From positions 538 to 64,537 of the forward strand of contig JBARSF010000005.1 of assembly GCA_049644605.1 (NCBI GenBank): 64,000 nucleotides of DNA, read 5' to 3'. The translations under genes were made by a program, and so were the position numbers. Below are positions 24,442 through 34,458 of this stretch, piece by piece. The notes below the pieces were generated by a model. It ran no database searches, was not told the origin of the DNA, and saw only the letters and a list, made by a program, of their open reading frames with translations. Each line of letters opens with the position of its first letter. Within the stretch, counting starts at the first letter, position 1. This stretch comes from Anaerolineales bacterium. GTDB lineage: Bacteria > Chloroflexota > Anaerolineae > Anaerolineales > UBA11858.

Positions 24442-25088
24442 AAGGTGAAATGGGTTAATATCTGGGATGGTTTCTGGAAAATGTAATCCGGGTTTGATGC
24501 GGTCAATGTCTCTTTCGTATGCCCCCCCCACATGGCAGCTCCTGTGTGAACACCGGCGCTTTTCCCGGCTTTGATATCATACTCAGTGTCTCCCACAAAC
24601 AGGATTTTATCCGGAGAGATGTTAAAAAAATCCAGGGCGATTTGAATGCCTTCGGGGTGAGGTTTATGATTCTGGACATCATCGGCGGAAATCCAGAAAT
24701 CGATCCGAGGAGCGAAATCATAGGATATTTTAACGAGATCCATTTCCAGACCAGATTGAGATGAAATCACAGCCAGAGGATATCCGTTATCAGAGATGGT
24801 AGATATTAAGGAGGTGACTTCCGGGTATGGCGGAGCTAAAGCGCGATGTTTTTTCTCCAAAGCCACAGTTTCTTCAAGAAAAAGGTCTTTTCTGTTGTGG
24901 TCCAGAGTGTCAAAAAATAACTTGGGCGGTAACCCTGCAAATTTCGCCATCATAGATTTTGATATTGGGCCCAAATTATGTTTCTGGAATAGTTCCTTCA
25001 TAACCTCATATACCATCGGGGCAGAATTTATCAACGTACCGTCTAGATCCAGAAACAACCCCTTAAACACGGAATTTACCATACTCAT
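24438..25088 (-). CDS. HAD-superfamily phosphatase
   Basis: Motif I FLDLDGTLINS, motif III/IV region VGDTEYDIKAGKSAG. Confidence 0.8.
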   Translation of the reverse strand: MSMVNSVFKGLFLDLDGTLINSAPMVYEVMKELFQKHNLGPISKSMMAKFAGLPPKLFFDTLDHNRKDLFLEETVALEKKHRALAPPYPEVTSLISTISDNGYPLAVISSQSGLEMDLVKISYDFAPRIDFWISADDVQNHKPHPEGIQIALDFFNISPDKILFVGDTEYDIKAGKSAGVHTGAAMWGGHTKETLTASNPDYIFQKPSQILTHFTL

Positions 25089-25816
25089 CCCTCAGCACTT
25101 GTATTCCCTGGTGATGTGCTGTCCATTGCTAACTTCATTGCTTGAACGAGATTACCGGAAACTTTCCCGGTCCTTGTGTTTGGTTCACGGACGCCAGAGC
25201 CGGAATGGACATTATTAATTCCGGTGGCAGATATGATCTCCGCGATATTGTTGACCGTTATACCGCCGGCCAGGAAGAGGTCCAGATCCCCCTGAAGGAA
25301 ATCCGCGTACTCGATTATGCGGTTAAAGTTTTCTCCTGCCTGGCCGCTAATGCCATCTCCTCCAGACGTTCGCACACTCTTAAAACCCAGGGTCACCAAC
25401 TGTTTTAGGGTCTGAAAGGGATCTTTTGTGAGCTCCCAGGCGAGGTGAAAATGGAGATCCAGATCACCGGCTGCTTCTTGAAGGTATTCCAGGCTCTTTA
25501 GATCAAGTTGGTTATCGGCGGTCAGACATCCCAGTAAAAAACCTTTGATTGGCAAGATCTTTGCTGTGTGGATATCCCTTACCATGGCGGCGATATCCAA
25601 AGATGAATAGACATTCGATCGCGCATGCGGTCTCACCATACATAGAACATCACAGGATACCATACCGCAGATTTCGGCTAACATGCCTGCAGTGGGGGTC
25701 AGGCCATATTCCAGGTAATCACATTTGACTTCGATTTGATCCGCGCCGCCAGCTTCCGCTTCCAGGGCATCTCCGCAGGTTTCAACAACAACTTCTAAGG
25801 TCATTTGAATTTCCAA
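25085..25816 (-). CDS. cutC: CutC-family protein
   Basis: EVVVETCGDALEAEAGGADQIEV, MVRPHARSNVYS, HFHLAWE, SVRTSGG and LAGGGI are collinear with the CutC TIM-barrel family. Confidence 0.65.
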   Translation of the reverse strand: MEIQMTLEVVVETCGDALEAEAGGADQIEVKCDYLEYGLTPTAGMLAEICGMVSCDVLCMVRPHARSNVYSSLDIAAMVRDIHTAKILPIKGFLLGCLTADNQLDLKSLEYLQEAAGDLDLHFHLAWELTKDPFQTLKQLVTLGFKSVRTSGGDGISGQAGENFNRIIEYADFLQGDLDLFLAGGITVNNIAEIISATGINNVHSGSGVREPNTRTGKVSGNLVQAMKLAMDSTSPGNTSAEG

Positions 25817-26575
25817 TTAAAGGTAAAAGATCCTGTCCCCGTACTCTTTCCAGATCCGGTCGTTGTGTTCTCCACTGCCGTCAACATTGGCTGCGATCGT
25901 GATGGGAGGTTCGATACCCCGTTCAAGGAGCTTTTCAATGACCACTGTTGTTAGTGTGTGTAATAAAGCGATACTTGTAACGCCGGAGGCAGGAGAAAAT
26001 TTTACAGGAAAACCCTCGGCCTCTACCATCGCATCCCCTTTAGGGACTTTGTTGTCAAGCACCACATCTGCAAATTCGTACATCTTTTTACCGCTTGGGT
26101 GGCGAGATTCCACATTTTTTGTGTAGTTGTAGGAAGTGATACCAATGACTTTAATACCCCGTTCTTTGGCGAGTTTCGCCATTTCCACCGGGACTGCGTT
26201 GCGTCCGGAAACGGATACCAGGATTAGCACATCCTCTTTCTCAATGGGGTAATTATCCAGCAGGACTTTTGCGTATCCTTCCAGGCGTTCAAAAGCGGAA
26301 GTCATTTTTGCCGGACGGACATTTAAACTGTCAATTCCGGGTCCATAGATGGGATTCACGAGAATTAAACCCCCCGCGCGGTATACCAAATCCTGGATGG
26401 GCAAAGAAGAGTGGGTGCACCCAAAACCGAAGATGCGTTTCCCGTTTTCTACTGCATCAGTAATGATGAGGGCTGCTTTTTCTAATCCATCCGTTTCCTC
26501 ATCCCGAATCTGGTTTAACAGCGTTATCAAACTATTAAGATAGGTATCAGAAAGTTTAGTCATGAGGTTCTCCAT
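25817..26575 (-). CDS. SIS-domain protein (UPF0309-like sugar-phosphate isomerase/binding)
   Basis: GKRIFGFGCTHSS and VLILVSVSGRNAVPVEMA are SIS motifs. Confidence 0.65.
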   Translation of the reverse strand: MENLMTKLSDTYLNSLITLLNQIRDEETDGLEKAALIITDAVENGKRIFGFGCTHSSLPIQDLVYRAGGLILVNPIYGPGIDSLNVRPAKMTSAFERLEGYAKVLLDNYPIEKEDVLILVSVSGRNAVPVEMAKLAKERGIKVIGITSYNYTKNVESRHPSGKKMYEFADVVLDNKVPKGDAMVEAEGFPVKFSPASGVTSIALLHTLTTVVIEKLLERGIEPPITIAANVDGSGEHNDRIWKEYGDRIFYL

Positions 26576-26578
26576 TTT

Positions 26579-27742
26579 TTATTTTTTGTAGATAATTTTT
26601 CCACCAACGATAGTGGTTTCCACGGAATAATCCTGATCAAATATTGTGATATCCGCTCTGAGTCCAGGTTCAAGGGCTCCTCGCTCGTGCTCTAAATTAA
26701 GTGATTTTGCAGGCGTCAGACTGGCCATTTGAATTGCCTCAGGGAAGGATATATCACAAAATTCCATTGTATTGCGGACTGCCTGGTCCATGGTTAAAAT
26801 GCTGCCGGCAAGACTGCCGGAAGCTATCCGGGCCACGCCGTCTTTTACGGTCACAGTTTGTCCCAAGAGATCAAACTCCCCGTTACCCAACCCAGCAGCT
26901 CGAATCGCGTCAGTGATTAGGACTGTTCGGTTGACGCCTTTTGCTTTCAGGAGAGTTTTCACAACGGCCGGATGAACATGAACTCCATCGGTGATCACTT
27001 GCGCAAAGACCCGATCATCCGACAAAACAGCACCAACGACACCTGGACGGCGGTGATGGAGTGGGTTCATACCGTTAAAAATATGGGTGGCTTGTCTTAA
27101 TCCATTATCAATTGCTTCCTGCATCAGGTCATAACTGGCAACCGAGTGGCCAACTGCAAATTCAACCCCTTGTTTTACACCGAACTTGATCAGATCCATT
27201 GCCCCTTCCAATTCAGGCGCGACGGTCATCAGTCGGATTTTGCCGTTCTTAAACCAGCTTTGATACCTGGCTGGCTCAGGATCCCGTAAGTGGATAGCCG
27301 GCTGCGCCCCTTTTCTCTCTTCACATAAATAGGGACCTTCCAGATGAATTCCCAGGGCTACCGCCCCATCCCCTGAGGGGGCGTAATCCTGGAATGCCTC
27401 TATCACAGCTGTAATATCTTCATTAGATGCTGTGCCGGTTGTGAGCAGGTATCCTGTTACACCACGGCTGGCAAAAAAGCTGCCTAAGGTTTGGTATGTT
27501 TTGGATCCAGGATCCATCGCGTCGGCAAAATTCGATCCATGAACATGGATATCGATTAATCCGGGCGTGATCCATTTTCCAGGGGTGTTTATTTGATGAT
27601 CTTTCTTTTCTGGTTTAAATTGCTCATCAGGGATGATTGCTGAAATTACTTCACCATCAAAAATGAGGGTGTGGTTTTCTAATACACAAGTAGGGGTGAC
27701 TAGTTTTCCCCCCGATAGAATAGTCCTCACGGTGTTCTCCAA
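26579..27742 (-). CDS. nagA: N-acetylglucosamine-6-phosphate deacetylase
   Basis: GLIDIHVHG, GIHLEGPY, ATHIFNGM and ITDAIRAAG motifs of the NagA amidohydrolase family. Confidence 0.85.
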   Translation of the reverse strand: MENTVRTILSGGKLVTPTCVLENHTLIFDGEVISAIIPDEQFKPEKKDHQINTPGKWITPGLIDIHVHGSNFADAMDPGSKTYQTLGSFFASRGVTGYLLTTGTASNEDITAVIEAFQDYAPSGDGAVALGIHLEGPYLCEERKGAQPAIHLRDPEPARYQSWFKNGKIRLMTVAPELEGAMDLIKFGVKQGVEFAVGHSVASYDLMQEAIDNGLRQATHIFNGMNPLHHRRPGVVGAVLSDDRVFAQVITDGVHVHPAVVKTLLKAKGVNRTVLITDAIRAAGLGNGEFDLLGQTVTVKDGVARIASGSLAGSILTMDQAVRNTMEFCDISFPEAIQMASLTPAKSLNLEHERGALEPGLRADITIFDQDYSVETTIVGGKIIYKK

Positions 27743-27793
27743 AAAACAGCGAAGAGGGTCTTCCCTCTTCGCTGTTAGTTATAGCTTGGTGAT

Positions 27794-29110
27794 TTATGCT
27801 CCGAACAGTTTGGCGATGAGCCAAATCAGGATACCTGGAGCGATGGCATCTGGTACTGTAAAGCCCAGATCAGTAGCGCCCATAGCAGCCAAGTCACCAA
27901 ACACTTGGAATTCATAGGCAAAACTTATGACAAACCAGCCCACGAAACCCCACAGGAAACCTCCCGCCCAGGCGCCTCTTCGGCCGCCGGTCGCATTACC
28001 AAAGATTGCTCCTGCGCCGCTGGCAAAGAAGGCAACGATCATACTGGGCAGCGGTACTGGCCAGCCAATTAATGCAAGAGCGATCATCCCTAAAACCTGG
28101 CCAATAGTGCCGGAGATCAATCCGATAATCAAAGAGTTGGGGGCAAAGGGGTAAATCACCGGGCAGTCTAGAGCCGGGATTGCACCAGGGATCAATTTCT
28201 CAGCCACACCCTTGAAGGCAGGCACGATCTCGGCAATCAGCATACGGACTCCCTGGAGCAGCACCAGAACCCCAGCTGTAAATCCAAGAGCCTGCAGTAG
28301 CGTGAACACAAACCAGTTCTGGCCGCCGCTGATGGTTTCATGAACTCCGGCAATCCCGACCTGGGTAATAGCCAGGATAACAGCAACCAAGCCTACCACA
28401 ACCATGATCAATGATATGGAAATAGCCATATCCCGGAAGAAGCTCAGAGCATCAGGCATTTCGGAATCTTCAGCTGAATCATTGGGGTCACCGATCAGCT
28501 TGCCAACCCAGGCAGCCACCATGTTTAGCAAGGTCTGTCCATGGCCAAAGGCAATTTCATTATTACCAACGATTTTACGCATCACCGGTTGGGCAAGGGC
28601 AGGTGCCAGGGTCATGTACAGCCCATCTACGACGGAAGCCAGGAGGACGGTCCAGAAAAGATTTAAACCGAAGGATTGGAACAAAATCGCAAAGGCGCCA
28701 GCATGGATCCAGATCATATGCCCGGTGAGATAGATGTATTTATATTTGGTTACCCGAGCAAGAACGAGATGGATAACATACCCAAACAACATCGTCCAGG
28801 CGATTGCCGCTCCGATATTGGCTTGATTTGCAGCCTGTACTGCGCCAACCACTGCCTCGTCAAAGGAGACGAAAGTCGTAAAGCCTCCTGCGGGAATTCC
28901 TACTTCAAACATGGCCTGGATAGGCACCAAAGCATTAATTAATGCCCCAATACCCACACTCATGATTAACAAACCAAGAATGGTTTTAATTGTTCCAGAG
29001 ATAACCTCTGAGGCGGGTTTCTTTTGAATCAGCAAACCTATTAAGGCTATCAAACCCAGGATAAAAGCGGGAAGGGTAATTAATTCTAGTAGTACTTTAA
29101 ACAGTTCCAT
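27794..29110 (-). CDS. PTS EIIC component, ascorbate/UlaA-SgaT family
   Basis: 438-aa polytopic membrane protein with an N-terminus typical of UlaA/SgaT permeases (LITLPAFILGLIALIGLLIQKK...GTIKTILGLLIM). It sits directly downstream of EIIA and EIIB genes. Confidence 0.8.
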   Translation of the reverse strand: MELFKVLLELITLPAFILGLIALIGLLIQKKPASEVISGTIKTILGLLIMSVGIGALINALVPIQAMFEVGIPAGGFTTFVSFDEAVVGAVQAANQANIGAAIAWTMLFGYVIHLVLARVTKYKYIYLTGHMIWIHAGAFAILFQSFGLNLFWTVLLASVVDGLYMTLAPALAQPVMRKIVGNNEIAFGHGQTLLNMVAAWVGKLIGDPNDSAEDSEMPDALSFFRDMAISISLIMVVVGLVAVILAITQVGIAGVHETISGGQNWFVFTLLQALGFTAGVLVLLQGVRMLIAEIVPAFKGVAEKLIPGAIPALDCPVIYPFAPNSLIIGLISGTIGQVLGMIALALIGWPVPLPSMIVAFFASGAGAIFGNATGGRRGAWAGGFLWGFVGWFVISFAYEFQVFGDLAAMGATDLGFTVPDAIAPGILIWLIAKLFGA

Positions 29111-29191
29111 TTTATTCTCTCCTAAGATAGATAAATATAAATAATTCTAAACTATGGGGTATTCGGGTTTTGTATCACCTCCTTTGATCCC

Positions 29192-29473
29192 CTAACTCTC
29201 GAGTTCTTTGATCGCTCCGATGACCTTCTCTGATATTTCCTGTTTGTCTACTAGGTTTTTGATATAAACGACCTTGGTTTCTGATCCTTTTAGATGGCTT
29301 TCCATATCTGTTGGAGCTACAACAAGATCTACCTGTTGACCCTTAAACGAACCCAGATCCCAAGGAATTATCTGATGCCCCGTGATACCCTCTGCTTTGA
29401 GGACATCCTCAATGAACATTTTTAACATCATGCTGGTGCCAAAGCCCATGCCGCATATAGTAGCAATTTTCAT
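29192..29473 (-). CDS. PTS EIIB component (UlaB/SgaB-like)
   Basis: MKIATICGMGFGTSMML, with the active-site Cys near the N-terminus. 93 aa. Confidence 0.75.
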   Translation of the reverse strand: MKIATICGMGFGTSMMLKMFIEDVLKAEGITGHQIIPWDLGSFKGQQVDLVVAPTDMESHLKGSETKVVYIKNLVDKQEISEKVIGAIKELES

Positions 29474-29940
29474 AGTCCTTTCCTTTTGGAAGCTAAGATT
29501 TTTAGGATATCTTGTTTTGTGCTGGCTGCGCGTACGTTGTTTATGAAATTATTGTCACTAAAGCAAGCGGCTATTTCTTGAAGAGCTGTGATGTGGTTTT
29601 CTTTATTGAGAGCCGCAAATCCAATCACGATATCTACCGGATCATTCGCCTCGCTCCCGAACTCTACGGGATTATCCAGGGTTATTAATGAAAAACCTGT
29701 TTGGATTACTCCATCTTCTGGGCGAGCATGGGGCATGGCAATGCCCGGGGCAATTACATAATAGGGCCCCAGGGTTTTCAGGGTTTCCTTCATCGCTTCT
29801 GTATAGGAGGGACGGGTGAGACCTTTATTTACCATGATCAAACCAGCACTATCAACAGCTTCTTCCCATGAATTGGCTTTAATATTTACAGCAATATGAT
29901 CGCTGGTTAACGAATCAAACAAACCAATTGAAGTTTTCAT
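29470..29940 (-). CDS. PTS EIIA component (mannitol/fructose/Ntr EIIA_2 type)
   Basis: GIAMPHARPEDGV with the phospho-His. 156 aa. 4-nt overlaps with both neighbouring genes. Confidence 0.75.
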   Translation of the reverse strand: MKTSIGLFDSLTSDHIAVNIKANSWEEAVDSAGLIMVNKGLTRPSYTEAMKETLKTLGPYYVIAPGIAMPHARPEDGVIQTGFSLITLDNPVEFGSEANDPVDIVIGFAALNKENHITALQEIAACFSDNNFINNVRAASTKQDILKILASKRKGL

Positions 29941-31001
29941 AAGTCTAAAATCACCACCGCAGAAAGATTTTGAGGGTTGTCAGGATCTAATCCTTTGGCA
30001 AGTGCTTTTTCAAAAGACAGAATTTGTAAAGGGGGAAGATATAAAACATCACCAAATGAGCCTGCCTGGGAAAGCCCTATTGGAACATAGTAGTCGATCC
30101 AACCTGGGATATCATCCTCTATTTCACCTCCGATTGCCAGGATCTTCCCTCCCAGTTCCTTCATGTCCTTTAAAACTCGAAGTTCATGCTGTAAATTATC
30201 TTTTCGAAGCAATCCAACCACAAGGCTCTGGTTATTTACCATCGACATGGGGCCATGACGGAATTCTAAAAAGTGATATGCTTCCGAATACGATAATGAC
30301 ATTTCTTTCATTTTTAACATCGCTTCGCAGGCGAGGCCGTAATTCTGATTGGATCCCAGGAAGAAGAAGCGGTCGATTTGTTTGTCATTAGCGATTCTTT
30401 TCATCAGGCCGCTGTAATTTTTTATTAAGGCGGTTCCGGATTCGGCTAATTTTCCCGGCAAACCATCTTTTACTTCCCCCTCAAGAAGATAAGAAATCCC
30501 CAACATCATGTTGGTGAAAGACCTCGTTTGGGCGATGGATTTTTCCTGGGCCGCTGGTGTGGCGATCAGCGTATCTGCTAAAAGGGCAAGTTCAGACTCA
30601 GGGTAGCAGGTCACCACGCTGGTATTTATTTTTCCATTCTCCTTGATCTGTTTTACGGCAGCAATTGTTTCACTGGTTGTTCCCGAACGGGAAATGGCCA
30701 GTAATTGAATTGAATGATCGGAAATTATCCAGGAACCGGGAAACATCATTAGTTCTGATGCAGGCAGAGGCTGGGAAAAAACTCCCAGCTTGCTCTGAAT
30801 GATGTTTGCGGCCCAGATCGATATGTAATAGGTTGATCCGCAGCCAGTTACCAGATATTGGTCAAGTCCGTTATTTGCGGGGGGAGTATTAATTTGTGCC
30901 TTACTAAACTCAGTTAATGTTTGAGTCCATACTTGGGGTTGAGAATATATTTCTCGCTGGGTATTCAAACCTTTATTTCCCATAAATCCTATCTGCCTCA
31001 A
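29937..31001 (-). CDS. Double-SIS-domain sugar-phosphate isomerase/deaminase (AgaS/GlmS-isomerase-like)
   Basis: LVTGCGSTYY and LLAISRSGTTSET SIS motifs, a second SIS half (FFLGSNQNYGLACEAMLKMKE), and C-terminal LSAVVILD. Confidence 0.7.
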   Translation of the reverse strand: MRQIGFMGNKGLNTQREIYSQPQVWTQTLTEFSKAQINTPPANNGLDQYLVTGCGSTYYISIWAANIIQSKLGVFSQPLPASELMMFPGSWIISDHSIQLLAISRSGTTSETIAAVKQIKENGKINTSVVTCYPESELALLADTLIATPAAQEKSIAQTRSFTNMMLGISYLLEGEVKDGLPGKLAESGTALIKNYSGLMKRIANDKQIDRFFFLGSNQNYGLACEAMLKMKEMSLSYSEAYHFLEFRHGPMSMVNNQSLVVGLLRKDNLQHELRVLKDMKELGGKILAIGGEIEDDIPGWIDYYVPIGLSQAGSFGDVLYLPPLQILSFEKALAKGLDPDNPQNLSAVVILDL

Positions 31002-31008
31002 TTAAACG

Positions 31009-31788
31009 CTATATGAGCACCACTTCTACACCCTGCTCTTGGATTTTATTGATATGAAACTGGTGGGATTCCTTTGAGGTAATAATCATTGCGGCTTTGT
31101 TGATGGGTGCCACTCGATTGGTGGCTACCTGTCCAATTTTTGTATGATCTGCTACAACTATAATTTTTTCAGAGATCCCAAAGATCATGCGATCAGTCAT
31201 TAACTCATCCGGGTTTTCACACGTAAAACCGTATACCGGATGGATGCCCCGCATCCCAATAATGACTTTATTTACCCTGATATTCTGTAAGACCGGTTCT
31301 GAGAAAACACCAATCAGCGAAAGTTCGCCCCTGCGGAGAACACCACCAACAGTAATGATATTCATGTTGGAGTTATTAGATAACTCATGAAGTATCGGCA
31401 CAGAATTGGTCACTACTGTAATATCATCCCGGATGATAAGCTCCCTGGCAACGTACAGCGTTGTTGTTCCCGATCCCAGGAAAATCGTTTCTCCCAGTTC
31501 TATATACTCAGCCACCCAGACCGCAATTCGTTTCTTCTCTTCAGCCATCACGTTCATGCGTTCGATGATGGGGGGTTCTATTCGATTCCTGGTTTCAGCT
31601 GAAAGCAAGGCCCCGCCGTGGATTCTCTCAATTAAACCGCGATCTTCCAGGGCAACCAGGTCCCGCCGAATAGTCATCGCTGAGACTTGGTATTTTTCCT
31701 TTAAGATAAGAACATTGACGCTGCCGTGTTCTTTTAACTCTTCAATGATATGCTGCTGCCGTTCTTCTTTGAACATAAATGAATGCAT
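31009..31788 (-). CDS. DeoR/GlpR-family transcriptional regulator
   Basis: The N-terminal HTH (ERQQHIIEELKEHGSVNVLILKEKYQVSAMTIRRDLVALEDRGLIERIHGGA) plus a DeoR C-terminal sensor domain. Confidence 0.85.
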   Translation of the reverse strand: MHSFMFKEERQQHIIEELKEHGSVNVLILKEKYQVSAMTIRRDLVALEDRGLIERIHGGALLSAETRNRIEPPIIERMNVMAEEKKRIAVWVAEYIELGETIFLGSGTTTLYVARELIIRDDITVVTNSVPILHELSNNSNMNIITVGGVLRRGELSLIGVFSEPVLQNIRVNKVIIGMRGIHPVYGFTCENPDELMTDRMIFGISEKIIVVADHTKIGQVATNRVAPINKAAMIITSKESHQFHINKIQEQGVEVVLI

Positions 31789-31833
31789 AAATTCGATTGT
31801 TATTCTTGCTGTACCCTTATTATTGTATGATTA

Positions 31834-31869
31834 TGTTCGTTTGTCAATAAAATGAACACAATCGAACAC
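31834..31869. promoter_or_regulatory. Candidate operator upstream of the DeoR-family gene
   Basis: TGTTCG (31834-31839) is the exact inverted complement of CGAACA (31863-31868). TGAACAC and CGAACAC direct repeats are spaced 10 bp apart (31853 and 31863). The site lies 45-80 nt upstream of the regulator's start. Confidence 0.25.
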
Positions 31870-32106
31870 CATTAACAGTGATGTAATAAATCCTCTTTTT
31901 CGACCGCGAATGTTAAAACACCCTTCCGGTGAAGTAGTTATGGAGTTAATTTCCAGATCTGGGCAGGGAAATTTAGTTGAGGAAAACCAGCGAGAAGGGT
32001 AGACAAAATTCCTTCCTTCCTTTAAAATGTCCCTTCGTAATAAGAAAACTACTTTATGATAAAATTATCCCTGTAAAACTGGGATATTATTGATGGAGGA
32101 AACACC

Positions 32107-32376
32107 TTGGGCCTAAAATCATCACAAAAACGAGAACGACAGAACGAAAAACGAAGAATGCGGAATCGATCATACAAAAGCAAAGCGCGCACCTTGGTTA
32201 GGAAAGCATTTCTTGCCATGGAAGAACAAAACCTGGAGTCCGCTCGGGAAGCTACAACTGAAGCAGTCAAGGCGCTTGATAAAGCGGCTGCGAAAGGCGC
32301 GATTCATGATAATAATGCCTCCCGCAGAAAGAGCCGCCTGATGACCCGTTTGGCCGCGATGGAAAAAGGCGCCTAG
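32107..32376 (+). CDS. rpsT: 30S ribosomal protein S20
   Basis: KSSQKRERQNEKRRMRNRSYKSKARTLVRKA is typical of S20. TTG start lies 6 nt after a GGAGGA RBS. Confidence 0.9.
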   Translation: MGLKSSQKRERQNEKRRMRNRSYKSKARTLVRKAFLAMEEQNLESAREATTEAVKALDKAAAKGAIHDNNASRRKSRLMTRLAAMEKGA

Positions 32377-32400
32377 TATCGCCAACCCCATGAGTTCATC

Positions 32401-32433
32401 AGCGGGAGCTTTTGCAGCTCCCGCTTTTTGTTT
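32401..32433 (+). terminator. Rho-independent terminator after rpsT
   Basis: AGCGGGAGCT-tttgc-AGCTCCCGCT stem, followed by TTTTGTTTT. Confidence 0.7.
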
Positions 32434-32530
32434 TGAGGGAGCTCATCATGTTATAATCTCGGTGCAGAACTTTTAGAATCAAAGCAGAGTTGTCTGGTTT
32501 TGATCCCCATTAGAATTCCCGAGTGTTGTT

Positions 32531-34291
32531 ATGTTCCAGGAAGAATACAACCAGGTAGAACAGCAGATCCAGAGCATATTTAAAGAAAATTCAATTCCCA
32601 TTCCGGAAGACCTGGGATGGACTCCGGTACCCTTTTCAGGAGAATGGGGTATTTCCACCTCGTTTTTTAAGACTGCCGCGCTGGAAGCAAAAAGCGGAAA
32701 ATCCCTCAATATCCCTCAACGGGCGGAAGAAATCGCCAAGATAACAGCGGAGAATCTTCCCCCGCAAAAATATTTCCCCCGCGTTGAAGCAGCCGGGGGT
32801 TATCTGAATCTGTATTTTGACTCGCGATTATTCAGCGCCCGGGTTGTGCAGAAGATTTTATCAACAGAGCTTTTTGGAAAGGGTGAACCTAAAGGGAAAA
32901 CCCTGATGGTGGAATTTTCGCAACCCAATACCCACAAAGCTTTCCATGTTGGTCACTTAAGAGGCGCCATTTTGGGAGATGCAGTGTGCCGGATCCTGGA
33001 ATATGCCGGCTTTGATGTGATCCGGACCAATTATTACGGGGATATAGGACTGCATGTCATCAGGTGGCTCTGGAATTATCAAAAATTCCATGAGGGAGAA
33101 ACCCCACCGGCTGATGCGACACGCTGGATGGGAGATCTCTATGCGGAAGCTACCTCCCGATTGGAGGAAAATCCCGAACTTGAAACTGAAGTCAGAGAGC
33201 TGTACAGCAAATGGGACAGCCAGGATCCTGAGGTCGTAGCATTGTGGAAGAAAACACGCCAATGGTCTGTGGATGGATTTCAGGAGCTGTATGATGTCTT
33301 GGATATTCATTTTGACCGTTTTTATGCCAACAGCGAGGTGGAATTCCAGGGCAAGGAAATGGTTGATGATTTAATCAAGAAGGGGATCGCAGAAGATCTG
33401 CGTCCGGATGATGCTGTGATTGTCCGGCTTGATGAACTGCTAAAATTAAAAAAGGAAAAGTACCGGGTTCTGGTTATCTTAAGGTCCGATAGCACAGCGC
33501 TCTACTCCACGGAAGATCTAGCCCTTGCGAAGCTAAAGTTTGAGGAATACCCATTAGATAAATCCATCTATGTTGTGGATGTCCGTCAGTCGCTGCATTT
33601 CCAGCAGGTCTGGAAAACGCTGGAAATTGCCGGTTATTCCTGGGCTGAACATTGTGAACATCTGTCTTTTGAATTGGTCAATCTTCCAGGAAATGTAGTC
33701 ATGGCTTCCAGGGAAGGCACTGTTGTACTGCTGGAGGATTTAATCCGGGAAGCAAAATCCAGAGCACTCGAGGTGGTTGAAGAGAAGAACCCTGACCTTT
33801 CCCAGGAGGAAAAGCAGGATATATCCCGGGCAGTGGGGCTAGGGGCGATCAAGTACCCTATGCTGGACAGGGAAAATACGCGGATTGTCACTTTTGACTG
33901 GGAGACCGCTCTTGATTTTAATGGGCAAGCTGCTCCTTATATTCAATATGCCCACGTTAGAGCCAATAGCATTCTTAAGAAAGCTGATGGGGTGCCCTCA
34001 GCGGGTTCTCATCCGACGTATGATCTGGATCCAACAGAGATATCCTTAATTGAGAATCTTTCCCAGTTCCCAGGGGTGATCCAGAACGCTGCCGAGGGAT
34101 ATAAACCGGTGTACCTGACCCATGCAGTATTTGAAGCAGCCCGGGCGTTTAACGCCTTTTACCGGCAAGCTCCGGTGTTAACGGCGGAGCCGGAGATGCG
34201 GGATTTCCGGCTGCAGCTGGTAGAAGCATCCCGGAGAGTCCTTGAAACCGGCTTAAATTTATTGGGAATAGAAGCCCCTAAAGTCATGTGA
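32531..34291 (+). CDS. argS: Arginine--tRNA ligase
   Basis: Class I HIGH motif AFHVGHLRG, the N-terminal Arg-tRNA-synthetase additional domain, and a C-terminal DALR-type anticodon-binding region (YIQYAHVRANSIL). Confidence 0.9.
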   Translation: MFQEEYNQVEQQIQSIFKENSIPIPEDLGWTPVPFSGEWGISTSFFKTAALEAKSGKSLNIPQRAEEIAKITAENLPPQKYFPRVEAAGGYLNLYFDSRLFSARVVQKILSTELFGKGEPKGKTLMVEFSQPNTHKAFHVGHLRGAILGDAVCRILEYAGFDVIRTNYYGDIGLHVIRWLWNYQKFHEGETPPADATRWMGDLYAEATSRLEENPELETEVRELYSKWDSQDPEVVALWKKTRQWSVDGFQELYDVLDIHFDRFYANSEVEFQGKEMVDDLIKKGIAEDLRPDDAVIVRLDELLKLKKEKYRVLVILRSDSTALYSTEDLALAKLKFEEYPLDKSIYVVDVRQSLHFQQVWKTLEIAGYSWAEHCEHLSFELVNLPGNVVMASREGTVVLLEDLIREAKSRALEVVEEKNPDLSQEEKQDISRAVGLGAIKYPMLDRENTRIVTFDWETALDFNGQAAPYIQYAHVRANSILKKADGVPSAGSHPTYDLDPTEISLIENLSQFPGVIQNAAEGYKPVYLTHAVFEAARAFNAFYRQAPVLTAEPEMRDFRLQLVEASRRVLETGLNLLGIEAPKVM

Positions 34292-34458
34292 GATTCTCCA
34301 GGAATCAGGAAATACTGCAGAAATTAATCCGAATTCTGAAGGAGATTTTAATACCAGTGTTGTGGTTATTTATAGGCACCTCAAGGTATACCTAAAAAAA
34401 CCATTCGTCTTACGAAGATATTCATAATTTTTACCCTGACAAATCCTGGTTCTCTACT

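Noticed and set aside
32434-32530. T-box or other riboswitch leader upstream of argS
   Set aside because: Only about 97 nt are available between the rpsT terminator and the argS start. That is too short for a T-box, and no specifier or T-box motif was seen.
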